A stretch of DNA of 64,000 nt from an uncultured Actinomycetes bacterium (GCA_963719245.1 CAVRBG010000005.1:38614-102613), one strand, 5' to 3'. Positions 7,295-16,909 are shown, counted from the stretch's first letter. The notes: generated by a model from the letters alone, not told the origin. Made by a program: numbers and translations.

Positions 7295-9751
7295 TCAGAC
7301 CGGGTTCATGTCGCGGTCGAGGTAGTCCTCCACGATCACCTTCGCCTCGACGAGCTCGCGGTACTCGTTGTCGTCGAGACCGATCACGTCGCGGTACACG
7401 TAGTCGTTGTCCTCGCCGAGGACCGGCGCGCCCCGCTCCCAGCGCTGGGGCACACCTGTGAACGCATACCCGATGTGTGGGTAGCGGCCGACGTCGCGGC
7501 TCGGCAGCGGACGGATCCATTCGCGTGCCGCCACGTGGGGGTCGTTCGCCAGCATCTCCTCGTCGAACTGCGGCCCGGCGGTCACACCGGCGCGCTGCAG
7601 GGAGTGGAACGCGGCCATGACGTCTTCGCCGGTCGTCCAGTCGGTGATGGCGCGGTCGAGCTCGTCGTGGTGCGCGTAGCGGCCCGCCGTGGTCGCGAAG
7701 CGGCTGTCCTTCAGGAGATCTTCGCGACCGATCACGCGGGTGAGCGCGGCCCACTCGTTGTCGTCGCGCACGCTGATCGCCAACCAGCGCTCCTCGCCCC
7801 GGCAGGGGTAGACGCCCTGCGGCGCCCGCTCCGGATCCCGGTTCCCGGTCCGCGTCGGCTCACCGCCGAGCTGCACCTCGACGAACGCGTCGCCGAGCTG
7901 GTTGAGCACGTTCTCGATCTGGGCGAGCTCGATGAGCTGCCCGCGGCCGACCGCGGCCCGGTAGTGCAGCGCGGCGAGCACGGCGAACGCGCCCGCCGGC
8001 CCGGTCGCGGCGTCCATGTACATCGTCGGCGGCGTCTCGACCATCTCGATGTCGTGGTGACCGACGAGCTGCGCGAAGCCGCTGAGGCCGTCGAACTGCG
8101 CGCCGAACCCGGTGTAGTTCGCCCAGTCGCCGTTGAGACCGGCGGCCGGGATCCGCAGCACGAGCATGCGCGGGTTGCGGTCGAGCAGCTGGGACTCGTG
8201 GATGCCGATCTGGTGGAGCGTCGAGGTCTTGAGGTTCTCCACGAAGACGTCGGACCGCTCGACGAGTCGCATCAGCAGCTCGTGGCCTTCGGGACGGCGC
8301 GGATCGAGCGTGCAGGACAGCTTGTTGCGGGCGATGGAGTTGTTCATCGCGTGGCGGTTGTACGGACGGTCCACCGCGCCCTCCATCGGGGGCGCGTACA
8401 TCGAGAGCAGGCTCCCGAGGAGCATCGTCGGGCTCGGCCGCGGGAGGTAGCCCTTGGTGGTGGGAGGGAACACCGACGGGTTCTCGACCCGGATCACCTC
8501 CGCGCCGAGGTCGGCCAGCAGCTGGGTGACGTACGGCCCCGACCAGACGGTGGTGAAGTCGAGGACCCGGACGCCCCGGAGGGGCGGGGCGTCAGGATCG
8601 GTCGCTCGATCCGGCGGAGTCGCCGGGCGGGCGGGCCGACGCACGGTGATCGCGCCGTCCTCGGTGGACGGCGCGACCGGCGCGGGAGCGTGGCGCCGCC
8701 AGCCACCCTCGGCGTGCCGGTACGGCGGACCGGGCAGCAGCACCGGGCCGATGGTCGGGTCGTCGCACTCGGTCCAGAAGCCGCGCTGGTGCAGATGGTC
8801 CGCCTGCAAGACCTCGGCGGGCGAGTACACGCCGGCGAACGGCCACCCGGCCGCCTGCGCCGCCGCGGTGCCCTCCGCCCGCGTGTGCTCGAACAACCAC
8901 GGGTACAGCACGGAGTCCAGGATCTCCTTGGTCTCCGGGTTCCCGAACGCGTCGGGACGGGCGAACGCCTCGCGCAGCGAGTCGTCCCCAAGCACCGAGA
9001 GCATCTCCTCGAGCTGCTGGGGCGTGGACATCATCGAGACGTAGCCGTCGGCGCACGGGAAGACGCCGGTGGGCAGCAGGGTGTCGACCGCGTTCGCCGC
9101 GAGCTGCAGCGGCTCGTGCCCCCCGTACTCCCATCCGAGGTAGCGGCACACGCGTGCGGGAATGGCACCGAGCGCCTCGTACGCCGCGCAGTCGACGTGT
9201 GCGCCCGCACCGGAGTCGCGTGCCCGCATGACGCCGGCCAACGCGCCGAGCGCGGCCGTGTGCCCGATCGAGCAGAGGGCGACGAAGCGCGGGGACTTGA
9301 CCGGCACCTCGAGCGCCCGACCCTGAGGGAACGTCGTCCACGAGGCGACCTGCGCCACCAGGTCCGACCACCGGTACGACACGTACGGGCCGGTGGTCCC
9401 GAAGCCGCTGATGGTCGCGACGACCAACGAAGGGAACCGCGCGCGGAGCTCGTCGCGCGCGGTGCCGAAGCTCTCGAGGTCGCCCTCGCCCTGGCTCTCG
9501 ATCACGATGTCCGCCGACCCGACCAGCTCCACCAGCTGCTCGCGTCCGCGCTCGTCGCCGCGCAACGCGAGCGCGCGCTTGTTGGTGTTCAGGTGGACGA
9601 ACCGCTCCGGGTGCCGGCGCTGCGGATCTCCCGAGGGTGGTTCGACCTTGACCACGTCGGCACCGAGGTCGGCGAACACCTTGGCGCAGTACGACCCCGC
9701 CGGCTCGGTCGACACCTCGACCACCGCGACGTCACTCAGGAGCTGGCGCAT
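7295..9751 (-). CDS. tandem two-domain CaiB/BaiF CoA-transferase
   Basis: Two copies of ADLGA(D/E)V(V/I)(K/R)VE, with HLNTNKR and ARNKLS; 818 aa. Confidence 0.92.
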   Translation of the reverse strand: MRQLLSDVAVVEVSTEPAGSYCAKVFADLGADVVKVEPPSGDPQRRHPERFVHLNTNKRALALRGDERGREQLVELVGSADIVIESQGEGDLESFGTARDELRARFPSLVVATISGFGTTGPYVSYRWSDLVAQVASWTTFPQGRALEVPVKSPRFVALCSIGHTAALGALAGVMRARDSGAGAHVDCAAYEALGAIPARVCRYLGWEYGGHEPLQLAANAVDTLLPTGVFPCADGYVSMMSTPQQLEEMLSVLGDDSLREAFARPDAFGNPETKEILDSVLYPWLFEHTRAEGTAAAQAAGWPFAGVYSPAEVLQADHLHQRGFWTECDDPTIGPVLLPGPPYRHAEGGWRRHAPAPVAPSTEDGAITVRRPARPATPPDRATDPDAPPLRGVRVLDFTTVWSGPYVTQLLADLGAEVIRVENPSVFPPTTKGYLPRPSPTMLLGSLLSMYAPPMEGAVDRPYNRHAMNNSIARNKLSCTLDPRRPEGHELLMRLVERSDVFVENLKTSTLHQIGIHESQLLDRNPRMLVLRIPAAGLNGDWANYTGFGAQFDGLSGFAQLVGHHDIEMVETPPTMYMDAATGPAGAFAVLAALHYRAAVGRGQLIELAQIENVLNQLGDAFVEVQLGGEPTRTGNRDPERAPQGVYPCRGEERWLAISVRDDNEWAALTRVIGREDLLKDSRFATTAGRYAHHDELDRAITDWTTGEDVMAAFHSLQRAGVTAGPQFDEEMLANDPHVAAREWIRPLPSRDVGRYPHIGYAFTGVPQRWERGAPVLGEDNDYVYRDVIGLDDNEYRELVEAKVIVEDYLDRDMNPV

Positions 9752-9786
9752 GGTCGCCGGATGCTAGCGACCCGGCGCGAGTTGCG

Positions 9787-11040
9787 TCAGCCGATGCCGT
9801 ACAGGGCGATGGCGCTCTCCGACGTGATCTCCCGCTTCTGCTCGAAGGTCAGGCCGTCGAGCGCCTCCGCCAGCTCCTCGGTGACACCGGGGAACTTCGC
9901 GTCGGGGTGCGGGTAGTCGCTGGCCCAGATGATGCGTTCGGCCCCGACCAGCGGCGAGTCCGCCGTGGTGCGCAGCATCGCCTCGTCGGGGTCGAAGCTG
10001 ATCCAGCACTGGCGTCGCATGTACTCCGACGGCAGGAGCGAGAGATCGCTCACCTCCCACTGGAACTTCCGGCAGTGGTGGTCGAGGCGCTCGAGCCACG
10101 GGACCAGCCAGCCGCCGTTCGCCTCCAGGAAGATGAACTTCGCCTCCGGGAACCGCTCGCAGACGCCGCCCGCGAGCAGGTAGGCGATGCAGCTCATCAC
10201 GTCGACCGGGTTCGCGATCGCCTGCGTGAACAGCGTGCTCGGCCGTTGCTCCGGGTGGGCCACCTGCTCGTCGCGATCGACCATCCGGTTCGGGTCGAAG
10301 CCGTCGACGTAGGCGCCGTCGGGCCTACGGGGACGCGCCAGGCGGAGGCCGACGCACGCGCCGGGCAGGTCCGGGGCGAGGAACGGGTGCAGGGCGATCG
10401 GGAGGCCGGTATCGGCGGCCGCCTGCCAGATGGGGTCGTAGACGGGGTCGTTGAACGGTCGCCAGTCCACTGCCGGGTTCGGGCGCATGAACACCGACAC
10501 CATGCCCGGCAGCTCGGCGACCCGCCGGATCTCCGCCGCCACCCGCGCCACGTCGTCGGGCTCGTGCATCGGCGGCACCGCGCCGGCGCCGAACAGACGA
10601 CCCTCCCCTTCCTGGACGTGGTCGGAGCACCAGTCGTTGTACGCGCGCGCTTGCGCTTCGGCGAAGTCGATGTCGGTCTCGCTCTGGAGCCCGAGCAGCA
10701 TGGTCGGGTACAGCACCGCGAGGTCGATGTGGTCCTGGTCCATGTCCTGGAGCCGGGCCTTGGCGTTCCAGGCCGCGGGACGCGTCTCGGTGTAGCGCAT
10801 CTCACCGCGGAACGCACGCGCGCGGTCCTCGTCGCTCGCACCCGCGACCCCCGCCGCCGACATGGTGTTGGCGGGCGTGCGGTGGCCGTTGTAGAGGAGC
10901 CATTCCTCGCCCGCCTCGTCCGTCTCCACGTGCCAGATCCGGTCGCGGTACTCAGCGGACGCGTATTCGGGCATTGCCGTCGGATGCTCGAGGATGTGGC
11001 CGTCGGAGTCGATGTAGCGGAGTCCCTCGTCGGTCGCCAT
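9787..11040 (-). CDS. amidohydrolase_2 family metallo-hydrolase/decarboxylase
   Basis: IDSDGHILE, AVLYPT, LEANGGW, WASDYPHPD; AAAGGA RBS before ATG at 11040. Confidence 0.92.
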   Translation of the reverse strand: MATDEGLRYIDSDGHILEHPTAMPEYASAEYRDRIWHVETDEAGEEWLLYNGHRTPANTMSAAGVAGASDEDRARAFRGEMRYTETRPAAWNAKARLQDMDQDHIDLAVLYPTMLLGLQSETDIDFAEAQARAYNDWCSDHVQEGEGRLFGAGAVPPMHEPDDVARVAAEIRRVAELPGMVSVFMRPNPAVDWRPFNDPVYDPIWQAAADTGLPIALHPFLAPDLPGACVGLRLARPRRPDGAYVDGFDPNRMVDRDEQVAHPEQRPSTLFTQAIANPVDVMSCIAYLLAGGVCERFPEAKFIFLEANGGWLVPWLERLDHHCRKFQWEVSDLSLLPSEYMRRQCWISFDPDEAMLRTTADSPLVGAERIIWASDYPHPDAKFPGVTEELAEALDGLTFEQKREITSESAIALYGIG

Positions 11041-11148
11041 CACCGTTCCTTTCGCTCCAGGTCCACCGATGCTCGCGCGGGGGCCACCAGCCCGCAACGT
11101 GGACGCGTCTGGCGCCCGGGCGTGCACCCCGGCAACAGTGACCGCCGA

Positions 11149-12438
11149 ATGGCCGTCGTCCGATCGCGGGTCCCGCGCTCGATCCTCGTGATGCGCCACC
11201 GCGACTTCGCGCTGGTCCAGGTGGGCAACGGTGTGTCGCAGCTCGGGACGTGGGGCCAGTACGTCGCGCTGGGTTGGGCCATCCGGCAGCTGAGCGCGTG
11301 GCCGTTCGCGGTCGCGCTCAGCCTGGTCGCCCAGTTCCTGCCGTTCCTGGTGCTCGCGCCCTTCGGTGGCGCGCTCGCCGACCGCGTGAGCCGGCGCACG
11401 GTGGTGGTGGTCGGCAACATCGTCGCGGTCGTGCCGTCGGTCGCGCTCGGCCTGCTCGTCGCCACGGGAAGCCAGACCATTCCACTGCTGCTCCTGCTCG
11501 CCGCAGCCGGCGGCGTCGCGACCGCGCTGAGCCAGCCGGCGATGAGCGCGGTCGTCGGCGAGATCGTGCCCGCCGCCGAGCTCCCCGAGGCGGTGGCGTC
11601 GGTGAGCGTGATGACCAACCTGACGCGGGTGGCCGGCCCGTCGCTCGCCGCGCTGGTGATCAGCGCGTGGGGTCTCCAGTGGGCGTTCTACCTGAACGCG
11701 GTGAGCTTCCTCGCGGTGGTGATCGCGTGGGCCTTCGTGCGCGCCGACACCCGCCGTCACTCGACCCACGAGCGGCTCCGGACCCAACTCGCGCTCGGCC
11801 TGCGCTTCGCGCGTCGTGACGACCAGATCGGCTTCTTGCTGCTGGTCACGTTCGTGACGACGTTCGTCGTGTACCACGCCGCGCTGCTCCCGGTCATCGT
11901 GACCGACCTCCTCCACGATGGCTCCTCCGGGTACGCATTGCTCACGACCGCCACCGGCGTCGGTGCGATCGCGGGGGCGCTCGTCGCCGGGGAGTTCGTG
12001 ACCGACCAGCGGCGTCGGTTCGCGATCGCGGCGTCGATCGGTTTCATCGCGGCGATGTATCTGGTGATCAGCACGTCGAGGGTCCTGGTCGTGACTGCTC
12101 TGGCACTCGTCGGCTACGGCTTCGCCTTCTTCTCGTTGAGCACGGTCGTCCAGGGCCTGCTGATCGCGGTGTCACCCGATGCCTTCCGGGGCCGGGTCAT
12201 GGGCCTGTACACCATGCTCACCGCGGGCGGCGTGCCCATCGCCGCGCTCATCGGCGGCACGATCGGTTCGGTGTTCGGGCCGGGCGAGGCGGTGGCCTTC
12301 GCGGCCGCGGTCATGCTCGTCTTCCTGGGATGGATCCTCGCCGGCCGACGGCTCCGGGTCGTGCGCTTCGACATCAGCGCGCAGGACCACGACGACCCGT
12401 CGTTCACGGCCGCGCGGGAGCGCGGCACCGTGGCCTAA
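11149..12438 (+). CDS. MFS transporter
   Basis: About 12 hydrophobic segments, GGALADRVSRR motif A, PDAFRGRVMG. Confidence 0.9.
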   Translation: MAVVRSRVPRSILVMRHRDFALVQVGNGVSQLGTWGQYVALGWAIRQLSAWPFAVALSLVAQFLPFLVLAPFGGALADRVSRRTVVVVGNIVAVVPSVALGLLVATGSQTIPLLLLLAAAGGVATALSQPAMSAVVGEIVPAAELPEAVASVSVMTNLTRVAGPSLAALVISAWGLQWAFYLNAVSFLAVVIAWAFVRADTRRHSTHERLRTQLALGLRFARRDDQIGFLLLVTFVTTFVVYHAALLPVIVTDLLHDGSSGYALLTTATGVGAIAGALVAGEFVTDQRRRFAIAASIGFIAAMYLVISTSRVLVVTALALVGYGFAFFSLSTVVQGLLIAVSPDAFRGRVMGLYTMLTAGGVPIAALIGGTIGSVFGPGEAVAFAAAVMLVFLGWILAGRRLRVVRFDISAQDHDDPSFTAARERGTVA

Positions 12439-12490
12439 GCGACACCCGGTGCTTGACAGCTCCTCGCCGCCTCCAGGAGGCTCCGCGCCG

Positions 12491-13420
12491 ATGAAGTTCT
12501 CCACCGGGCTCCCGGGCCTCAACCGTTATCCGCCGATCACGTGCGAGTGGGAAGCGTCGTTGCGCGCGCAGGACTTCCAGCGGGTGGCCCGCACCGCTGA
12601 CGACCTCGGCTTCGACTCCATCGCCATCCCCGAGCACATCGTGATCCCGGCCGACATGATCGATCTGATGGGGCCGTTCTGGTCGCACGCCATGACCGCG
12701 ATGGCCTTCGTCGCCGGCGCCACGACGCGCCTCGTCGTCGATTCGGCCGTGATCGTGATGCCGTACCACGACCCCGTCGTGTTCGCGAAGGCGGTCTCGA
12801 CGCTCGATCTCCTGTCCGGCGGTCGGGTTCGCATCTCCATCGGCGTCGGACATGCGGAACGCGAGTTCGAGGTGCTGCGCGCCCCGTTCCACGAACGTGG
12901 CCGCATGACCGACGAGTACCTCGCGGCGATGATCGAGCTCTGGACCAGCGACGAGCCGGCGTACCACGGCACCTACGTCGACTTCGACGGCGTGGCGTTC
13001 GCGCCGAAGCCCGTCCAGCAGCCCCACCCGCCGATCTGGGTGGGCGGCAACTCGCGAGCGGCGATGCGTCGCGCCGCGCGCCACGACGGCTGGTACCCGT
13101 GGCTCATCACCGCCGAGCAGCTGCCCGAGTGCCTGGCGTACCTCCGTGCGCTGCCGGAGTTCGAGGCCCGCACCCGTCCGTTCGACGTGGCGATGCCGCT
13201 GACGAGGCTCGCGGTGTCCGAGGATCACCGGCCCCTCGACGACGACCTCGGACGGGCACCCGTGCTGCAGGGGAAGCAGGCGACGATCGACGCCATCGGT
13301 GCGCTCCGGGACATCGGCGTCACGTGGACCTCGGTGCCTCCACCGCCGACGCGCTCGCTGACCGAGTACCTCGAGAGCCTGCAGTGGACGGCGGAGGAGA
13401 TCTTCCCCGCGTTCCGCTGA
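12491..13420 (+). CDS. LLM-class (probably F420-dependent) oxidoreductase
   Basis: GFDSIAIPEH, TLDLLSGGRV, PKPVQQPHPPIWVGGNS; GGAGG RBS. Confidence 0.9.
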   Translation: MKFSTGLPGLNRYPPITCEWEASLRAQDFQRVARTADDLGFDSIAIPEHIVIPADMIDLMGPFWSHAMTAMAFVAGATTRLVVDSAVIVMPYHDPVVFAKAVSTLDLLSGGRVRISIGVGHAEREFEVLRAPFHERGRMTDEYLAAMIELWTSDEPAYHGTYVDFDGVAFAPKPVQQPHPPIWVGGNSRAAMRRAARHDGWYPWLITAEQLPECLAYLRALPEFEARTRPFDVAMPLTRLAVSEDHRPLDDDLGRAPVLQGKQATIDAIGALRDIGVTWTSVPPPPTRSLTEYLESLQWTAEEIFPAFR

Positions 13421-13426
13421 GGGCGA

Positions 13427-13942
13427 TCAGCCCACCGGCTGGCGCGCCTTCACCATCAGCGCGCGGACCTCGGCCACCGCCGCGCCCACCTGCTCGGGTT
13501 GGCCGGCCACCTGGTCGGCCAGGTCGCCGACGCCGCAGTGGCGCAGCATGTCCGGGAGGTGGTGCTCGACGCATCCGAGCGAGAACTCGACCGGGTCGCC
13601 GACCGCCAGCTCGTCGATGCGCACGACCGTGTTCACGACCGCCTCCTGGTCGATGTAGTGGTAGTGCGGCTCGTTCTCGAAGCAGTCGAAGCGCAGGTGC
13701 TCGAGCCCGTCGGCGGTGCCGCACACGTGGAGCGTGGCCCCGAAGTCGTCGAACGCGAGGTCGGCCGCGATCGCGCCCTGGTAGGTGTCCTGGATGATCT
13801 CGTTGGTGAGGACGCGGGACTCCACGACCAGCTGCACCGCTCCCGCGTCGACGGGGATGCAGTGCTCCTCGACCATGGGGATGGGCAACCGGTCGAAGCG
13901 GTTGCCGCGGCGGTACGGGGAATCCTGACGGTCGATCGCCAT
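13427..13942 (-). CDS. hypothetical protein with LRFDxFxxxPHYHY motif (paralog of 4730-5134)
   Basis: GATLHV...EHLRFDCFENEPHYHY; GAGGAG RBS. Confidence 0.8.
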   Translation of the reverse strand: MAIDRQDSPYRRGNRFDRLPIPMVEEHCIPVDAGAVQLVVESRVLTNEIIQDTYQGAIAADLAFDDFGATLHVCGTADGLEHLRFDCFENEPHYHYIDQEAVVNTVVRIDELAVGDPVEFSLGCVEHHLPDMLRHCGVGDLADQVAGQPEQVGAAVAEVRALMVKARQPVG

Positions 13943-14033
13943 CGCTCAGCTCCTCTGCACGGGCCTACCCACGCGACGGTAGCGCCGATGGTCGACGGTC
14001 CGGACGCCCCGCACCGTCTGCGAGACTCGGTGC

Positions 14034-14468
14034 ATGGACGAGCTCGACCGGGCGCTGGCTGCGGCCCAGGAACGCTACGAGGCCGCCCTTCGCGCCGAGG
14101 TGGACGAGAAGCTGCGAGAGCAGGAGGCGATGGCCTGGTTCGGGCAGTGGGCGCACCAGGTCGGGATGCCCACCCTCAGCCGTCTGGCCGAACGACTGCT
14201 CGCGGCCGGGCACAAGGCCGTCGTGTCCACCGCGCAGAGCGAGACCGGCGAGGTCGTCACCGATCTCGTGTTCACGTTCACGCAGCAGAACGGCCCCGGC
14301 CAGTGCACCATCGAGTTCCGGCGGGGTCAGGACAGATCCGTCGCCGCGTTCTTCGCGGTGAACGGGACCCAGGGCGCGGGCGGCCGGGTGGAACCTCCTG
14401 ACGCCGCGACGGTCGATCGCCTCGTCCAGGGGTACATCATCGAGGCCCTCGAGGGGCCGCAGTGGTGA
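14034..14468 (+). CDS. hypothetical protein
   Basis: 144-aa ORF with protein-like composition, filling the gap between flanking genes. Confidence 0.6.
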   Translation: MDELDRALAAAQERYEAALRAEVDEKLREQEAMAWFGQWAHQVGMPTLSRLAERLLAAGHKAVVSTAQSETGEVVTDLVFTFTQQNGPGQCTIEFRRGQDRSVAAFFAVNGTQGAGGRVEPPDAATVDRLVQGYIIEALEGPQW

Positions 14469-14489
14469 GCGGTCGCGTGGTCGCGTGAC

Positions 14490-15551
14490 TCACATGTCGA
14501 GCGGCGGATAGAAGGTCTCGGCGCCGACGGCCTCGACCTCGCTGAGCATGTCGCGTTCGTAGACCTCACCCCAGTCCGGGTCGACCAGGCTCAAGGCCTC
14601 CCGGTGGTAGCTCCAGTTCGTCGGATCCAGGCGGTGCGCCTCCTGGAAGTGCGGCACCGCATCGCGCGGGAAGCCGGCCCGGTGCAGGTGCTGCGCGAGC
14701 TCGAAGTGTGCGGCGGCGAGCCCGAACTCGCGCGGGCGCGGCCGTGACCGTTCGATGACCTCCGCCTCCGACAGCACGTACCGGCTGTCGCGGCCGTGCG
14801 CGGCCCAGTCGCGCACCGCAGCGGGGTACCGCTCGGTGTCGTGCATGTTGGTCGTCATCGTCTCGATGATCCGGCGCTGGCGCTCCGGCAGCTGCGCGAT
14901 GAACGACGACTGCTGCGGATCGGCGTCGCGCGACTGCCGCGGCGCGAAGGCGAGCTCGGCCGGGCGGACGATGGTGCCGTCCTCGTCGATCCAGATCCCG
15001 AAGGGCACGTTGGTGATGCCGAACAAGCCGACCATCAGGTGCGCGGGATCGACCAACGACGGATGCGTCGGATGCGCAGCTTCGTGGAAGGGACGGGCGG
15101 CGTCGACGTCAGTGTCGAGCGCGACCGTCACGATCTCGACGCCCGCCGGCGAGACCTCCTCGTGCAGCGCCTGCCACCCGGGCAGGTCGAAGCGGCATCC
15201 TCACCACGACGCCCACGCCATGAGCACGACCTTGCGGCCGCGCACGCGTGCGAGGTCGAACGCGCCACCGTCGAAGTCCTGGAGGACGAGCTCGGGCATC
15301 TGCGTGCTGTCGAGCACGCTACGATTGCCCGACCGTGGTCCCAGCGCCCAGAGCCCGTGGGCCTCGTCGTGCGCGAGCGGCATGCCGAGCCGGTGGGCCA
15401 CGACGGCCACGTCGATGCGACCCTCCGGATCCCGAGCGATCGGCGGCAGCGGTACGCACACCTCGTCCTGGCACGCGCCCTCGGGTTTGATCTCCCAGCC
15501 GCTGATCCGCTCGAACTCCGTGGGGGTGAGGTCGAGCCGGTCGAACGTCAT
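14490..15551 (-). CDS. thioredoxin-fold (ResA/TlpA-like) selenoprotein, WASW-U-GC motif, Sec at codon 117
   Basis: ORFs 15201-15551 and 14490-15131 are in the same frame, separated by a single TGA (15201-15203). Read-through gives GRKVVLMAWASW*GCRFDLPGWQALHEE...VEIVTVALD, a continuous redoxin fold of 353 aa. Confidence 0.88.
15170..15186 (-). promoter_or_regulatory. putative bacterial SECIS hairpin
   Basis: mRNA reads UGA-14 nt-CCUGCC-CGGGU-GGCAGG: a perfect 6-bp stem with a G-containing apical loop just 3' of the UGA. Confidence 0.7.
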
Positions 15552-15649
15552 GGCAAACGGTACCGCCGTCCGCCGGCGCCGCTCGCCTGGCGTGCTCCCG
15601 CCCCCAGAACGTAGAATTGCACGGAGTCCAAATCGACGAGGGGGTTGTC

Positions 15650-16891
15650 GTGACCAGCACGGAGTACATCCAGATCACCCACCGGGAACTGCCGTACACC
15701 ACGTTCGACGCCGACAACCACCTCTACGAGAACCGTGACGCGCTCACCAAGTTCCTCCCGCGCGGGTACGAGGGCGTCATCAAGTACGTCGACATCAACG
15801 GCCGCACCAAGCTCGCCATCCGCGACAAGATCTCCGACTACATCCCCAACCCGACGTTCGGGAAGGTCGCGGTGCCGGGTGGCGCCGGCTACGACGTGAC
15901 GAAGGGCGGCAAGGGCTTCGGCGCCGCGACCGGGTTCGGGAAGATGGTCGCGATGCCGAGCCTCGACGCGTTCTTCGACCCGGAGCCGCGCCTCGAGCTC
16001 ATGAAGGAGATGGGCATCGACCGCACACTCCTGTGGCCGACGCTCGCGAGCGCGCTCGAGGAGCGCATGGCCGACGACCCCGACACCGTGTGCGTGGTGA
16101 TCCACGCGTTGAACGAGTGGCTGCACGAGCACTGGAGCTACGTGTACTCCGACGCCATCTACTCGACGCCGATCATCTCGCTGGCCGTGCTCGACCGCGC
16201 GCTCGAGGAGCTCGAGTACATCCACGAACGGGGCGCCAAGATCTTCCTGATCCGCGTGGCGCCGGTCCCCACGTGGAAGGGCCGCACGTCGTTCGCGCTC
16301 CCCGAGTTCGACCCGTTCTGGGAGCGGGTGCAGGAGCTCGACCTCGTCGTGGGCATGCACTCGGGCGACTCGGGTTACACGCGCTACACCAACGAGTGGG
16401 AGGGTCTCGGCGACCGAGAGATGACGATCACCGCGGGATCGCGGCGCTCGAACCCGGCGTTCCTCGCGCTGTCGTCGGAGAAGGACAACCTCGTCGACGC
16501 GATGGCGTCGATCATCGGCCACGGCCTGGCCACCCGGTTCCCGAAGCTGCGCTTCATGCCGGTCGAGTTCGGCAGCGGCTGGATCCGGCCGTTCTACCGC
16601 AAGCTGCAGCGCACCTACGACGAAGCCCCTGTGCTGTTCGACGAGAACCCGGTCGACGTGTTCACCCGGAGCGTCTGGGTGCACGCCTTCCACGAGCGGG
16701 ACCCCAAGGGCCTCATCGACCTCGGCATCCCGGCCGACCACATCATGTTCGGCTCCGACTTCCCCCACCCCGAGGGCATGGAAGACCCACTCGCCTACTC
16801 GGAGGTCGTCAAGGACCTCCCGCTGGAGGATCAGGCGCTCATCATGGGCGGGGCGCTGGAGCGGGCGATGAAGGTCGGAGCGCACGCCTGA
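15650..16891 (+). CDS. amidohydrolase_2 family protein
   Basis: FDADNHLYE, LLWPTL, MHSGDSGY, MFGSDFPHPEG; TAGAAT -10 box at 15612-15617. Confidence 0.92.
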   Translation: MTSTEYIQITHRELPYTTFDADNHLYENRDALTKFLPRGYEGVIKYVDINGRTKLAIRDKISDYIPNPTFGKVAVPGGAGYDVTKGGKGFGAATGFGKMVAMPSLDAFFDPEPRLELMKEMGIDRTLLWPTLASALEERMADDPDTVCVVIHALNEWLHEHWSYVYSDAIYSTPIISLAVLDRALEELEYIHERGAKIFLIRVAPVPTWKGRTSFALPEFDPFWERVQELDLVVGMHSGDSGYTRYTNEWEGLGDREMTITAGSRRSNPAFLALSSEKDNLVDAMASIIGHGLATRFPKLRFMPVEFGSGWIRPFYRKLQRTYDEAPVLFDENPVDVFTRSVWVHAFHERDPKGLIDLGIPADHIMFGSDFPHPEGMEDPLAYSEVVKDLPLEDQALIMGGALERAMKVGAHA

Positions 16892-16909
16892 ACGCAGAAC
16901 GCGACCCGG

